DNA of 64,000 nt from the NCBI GenBank assembly GCA_029717555.1, contig JAMDHS010000093.1, positions 1-64,000 on the forward strand, read 5' to 3'. The notes below the pieces were generated by a model that saw nothing but the letters and a program-made list of their open reading frames with translations, was not told the DNA's origin and ran no database searches. The first letter of the stretch is position 1; every line of letters begins with the position of its first letter. The translations under genes and the position numbers were made by a program. This DNA comes from Peribolospora baueri (lineage: Eukaryota). Positions 62,034 to 64,000 of this stretch are shown here, piece by piece.

Positions 62034-64000
62034 ATGAGGTTCTACATCGACGAGCTTCCCATAATCTTCCCGTACGAGAAGATTTACCCGGAGCAGTACG
62101 CCTACATGACTGACCTCAAGCGCACCCTCGATGCAGGCGGACACTGTGTTCTTGAGATGCCTTCGGGGACTGGCAAGACGGTCAGCTTGCTCAGCCTCAT
62201 TGTTAGCTATCAAAAGGTTCGTGCGCCTGGTGTCCATCCATCCTCAGCGATAAGGATCACAAGTGGTCTAACGTGCTACAGCTTGCCCCGTCCCCTTCCC
62301 AACCCGCCCTACCTTGTTCGATGTCATTTCTTATGTAGTTTCATCCCGATCGCCGAAAACTCATATACTGCTCCCGCACGGTACCCGAGATCGAAAAGGC
62401 ACTGGCGGAGCTTAAGAGGCTCATGGACTACCGTGCGAGGTACAATGTCCCCGATCCGGACGATGTCGATAGGGCTGCTAAGGAAGGGAGACCCGTGGCC
62501 AAAGCGCAGAGCGAAGATTTCTTGGGCCTTGGGCTTACAAGTAGGAAAAACCTTTGTTTGCATCCCGATGTGAGTGGGGTGTCATGGATTCTGCACCAAC
62601 TGCCCGTATTGGCGCGTGAAGGATGCCCCTCACCATAATTCCGCTTTCCTCCATTTCAGGTCTCCCGAGAGAAGAAGGGCAAGGTGGTCGACGCGCGGTG
62701 TCGTGACCTTACCAACGCAGTAGTTTGTGAAAAGGGCCGCAAAGAGCCGGGGAGCGTCGAGCTGTGTGACTTCCACGAGGTAAGCTTGCATTCTTGCCTC
62801 GAATGATAGCCTATTGCTGGACGCACCTTGTCTCAAGCCACTTCGACCCTCCACGCGCAGAATCTCGGCAAGCTCGAGCCGGGTCAGCTCGTCCCTCAAG
62901 GCGTATGGACGCTTGAAGAACTCAAGGAGTACTCAAAAGACAAGGGAATCTGCCCCTACTTTGCTGTCCGTCGAATGGTGCGTGTTCCTTCTTCTCCTTG
63001 GTTCAAATTTGCTCAAACTTACAACTGGACTTCCTTTCTTTGCATTATACATGTTACAGCTCCCATATGTTGATATCATCATCTATTCCTTCCACTATCT
63101 TCTCGATCCAAAGGTGGCAGAGCAAGTCTCGCGAGAGATGAGCAAAGATGCGATTGTTGTCTTTGACGAAGCCCACAACATTGGTTAGTCTCCACACTTC
63201 CATCTTCAACACGTGTGTCTGCTTTCTCCCAGCTCACCTCTTCATTCCCTACGTCGCACCTCCAGACAACGTTTGCATTGAGTCTCTGTCCATTGACCTC
63301 ACTCGACCCATGCTCGACTCCGCCTATCGAAGCGTTAACCAGCTGGGCGATAAGGTGGACGAGATCAAGCGTACCGATGCTGCCAAATTGCAAGACGAGT
63401 ATGCGAAATTGGTCGAGGGCTTGCAGGAAGCGAACGCCAGTAGAGATGAAGGGGAATTCATGAGCAACCCTGGTAAGTCAACAAAGGCAAGCCTAGATAT
63501 GCGGGATAATTTTCACAAAGCCTTCGTTGCTGTACTACGTCCGCAGTCTTACCGAGTGATTTACTGTCGGAGGCCGTGCCGGGAAACATCCGGAGAGCGG
63601 AGCATTTTATTGCATTCTTGAAGCGCTTCGTCGAGTACCTCAAGGTGATTTTGTGGGCAGTGCTTAAGTAGAATGCCTTTTTTGTTATCTAACTCGCTTT
63701 CTACGTGCTCACACGATTGCACCCCCGAATCAGACGCGAATGCGCGTCCTCCACGTTGTTGCAGAGACGCCAATATCCTTTCTCCAGCACCTCAAAGACA
63801 TCACTTACATCGAACGCAAACCGCTCCGCTTCTGCTCTGAGCGCCTGACAATGCTCATTCGAACGCTTGAGCTTACTCGCGTAGACGAGTATAGCTCGCT
63901 GCAGAAGGTCGCCGCATTCGCTACGCTCGTCGCCACGTATGAGAAGGGGTTTTTGCTTATTCTCGAGCCATTCGAGACGGATAATGCGACCGTCCCTAAC
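62034..64000 (+). CDS. RAD3: TFIIH helicase XPD/Rad3 (runs off the window end)
   Basis: [31 protein letters not shown], Fe-S cysteines ([23 protein letters not shown]), [15 protein letters not shown] and [10 protein letters not shown]. Confidence 0.98.

Overview
A gene-dense, intron-rich, GC-rich eukaryotic window. It is most consistent with a basidiomycete fungus: introns are short GT..AG with GTGAGT/GTAAGT-type donors and CTGAC/CTAAC branch sites. Splicing by hand gave about 21 protein genes in this order: GH18 chitinase (3' part), a disordered Ser/Pro-rich protein, ORC6-like, MER3/HFM1, mitochondrial TrpRS, Ste23/insulysin, a FUSC/ArAE-type membrane protein, an acyl-CoA dehydrogenase, a 4-finger C2H2 factor, GlyRS, an intronless putative mitochondrial helical-repeat protein, RPA1, a small coiled-coil protein, a GPI-anchored ThuA-like protein, a PWWP/Tudor-like protein, COG1, an Rco1-like PHD protein, a GFA/CENP-V protein, an HTD2-like dehydratase, AP-2 mu and RAD3/XPD (5' part). 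I found no transposon, CRISPR array, tRNA, rRNA or biosynthetic cluster, and I cannot support a new multi-gene system. The best leads are at single-locus scale: an intron-split start codon in a possible actin regulator ending in an acidic-Trp motif, dual-targeting signals in Ste23 and GlyRS, a CxC zinc finger, 7-9 nt micro-exons, a 128-bp MER3/MSW1 divergent promoter, a telomere-like box upstream of COG1, and a possible unannotated spliced RNA between convergent genes. All family calls come from motif recognition; no database search was run.
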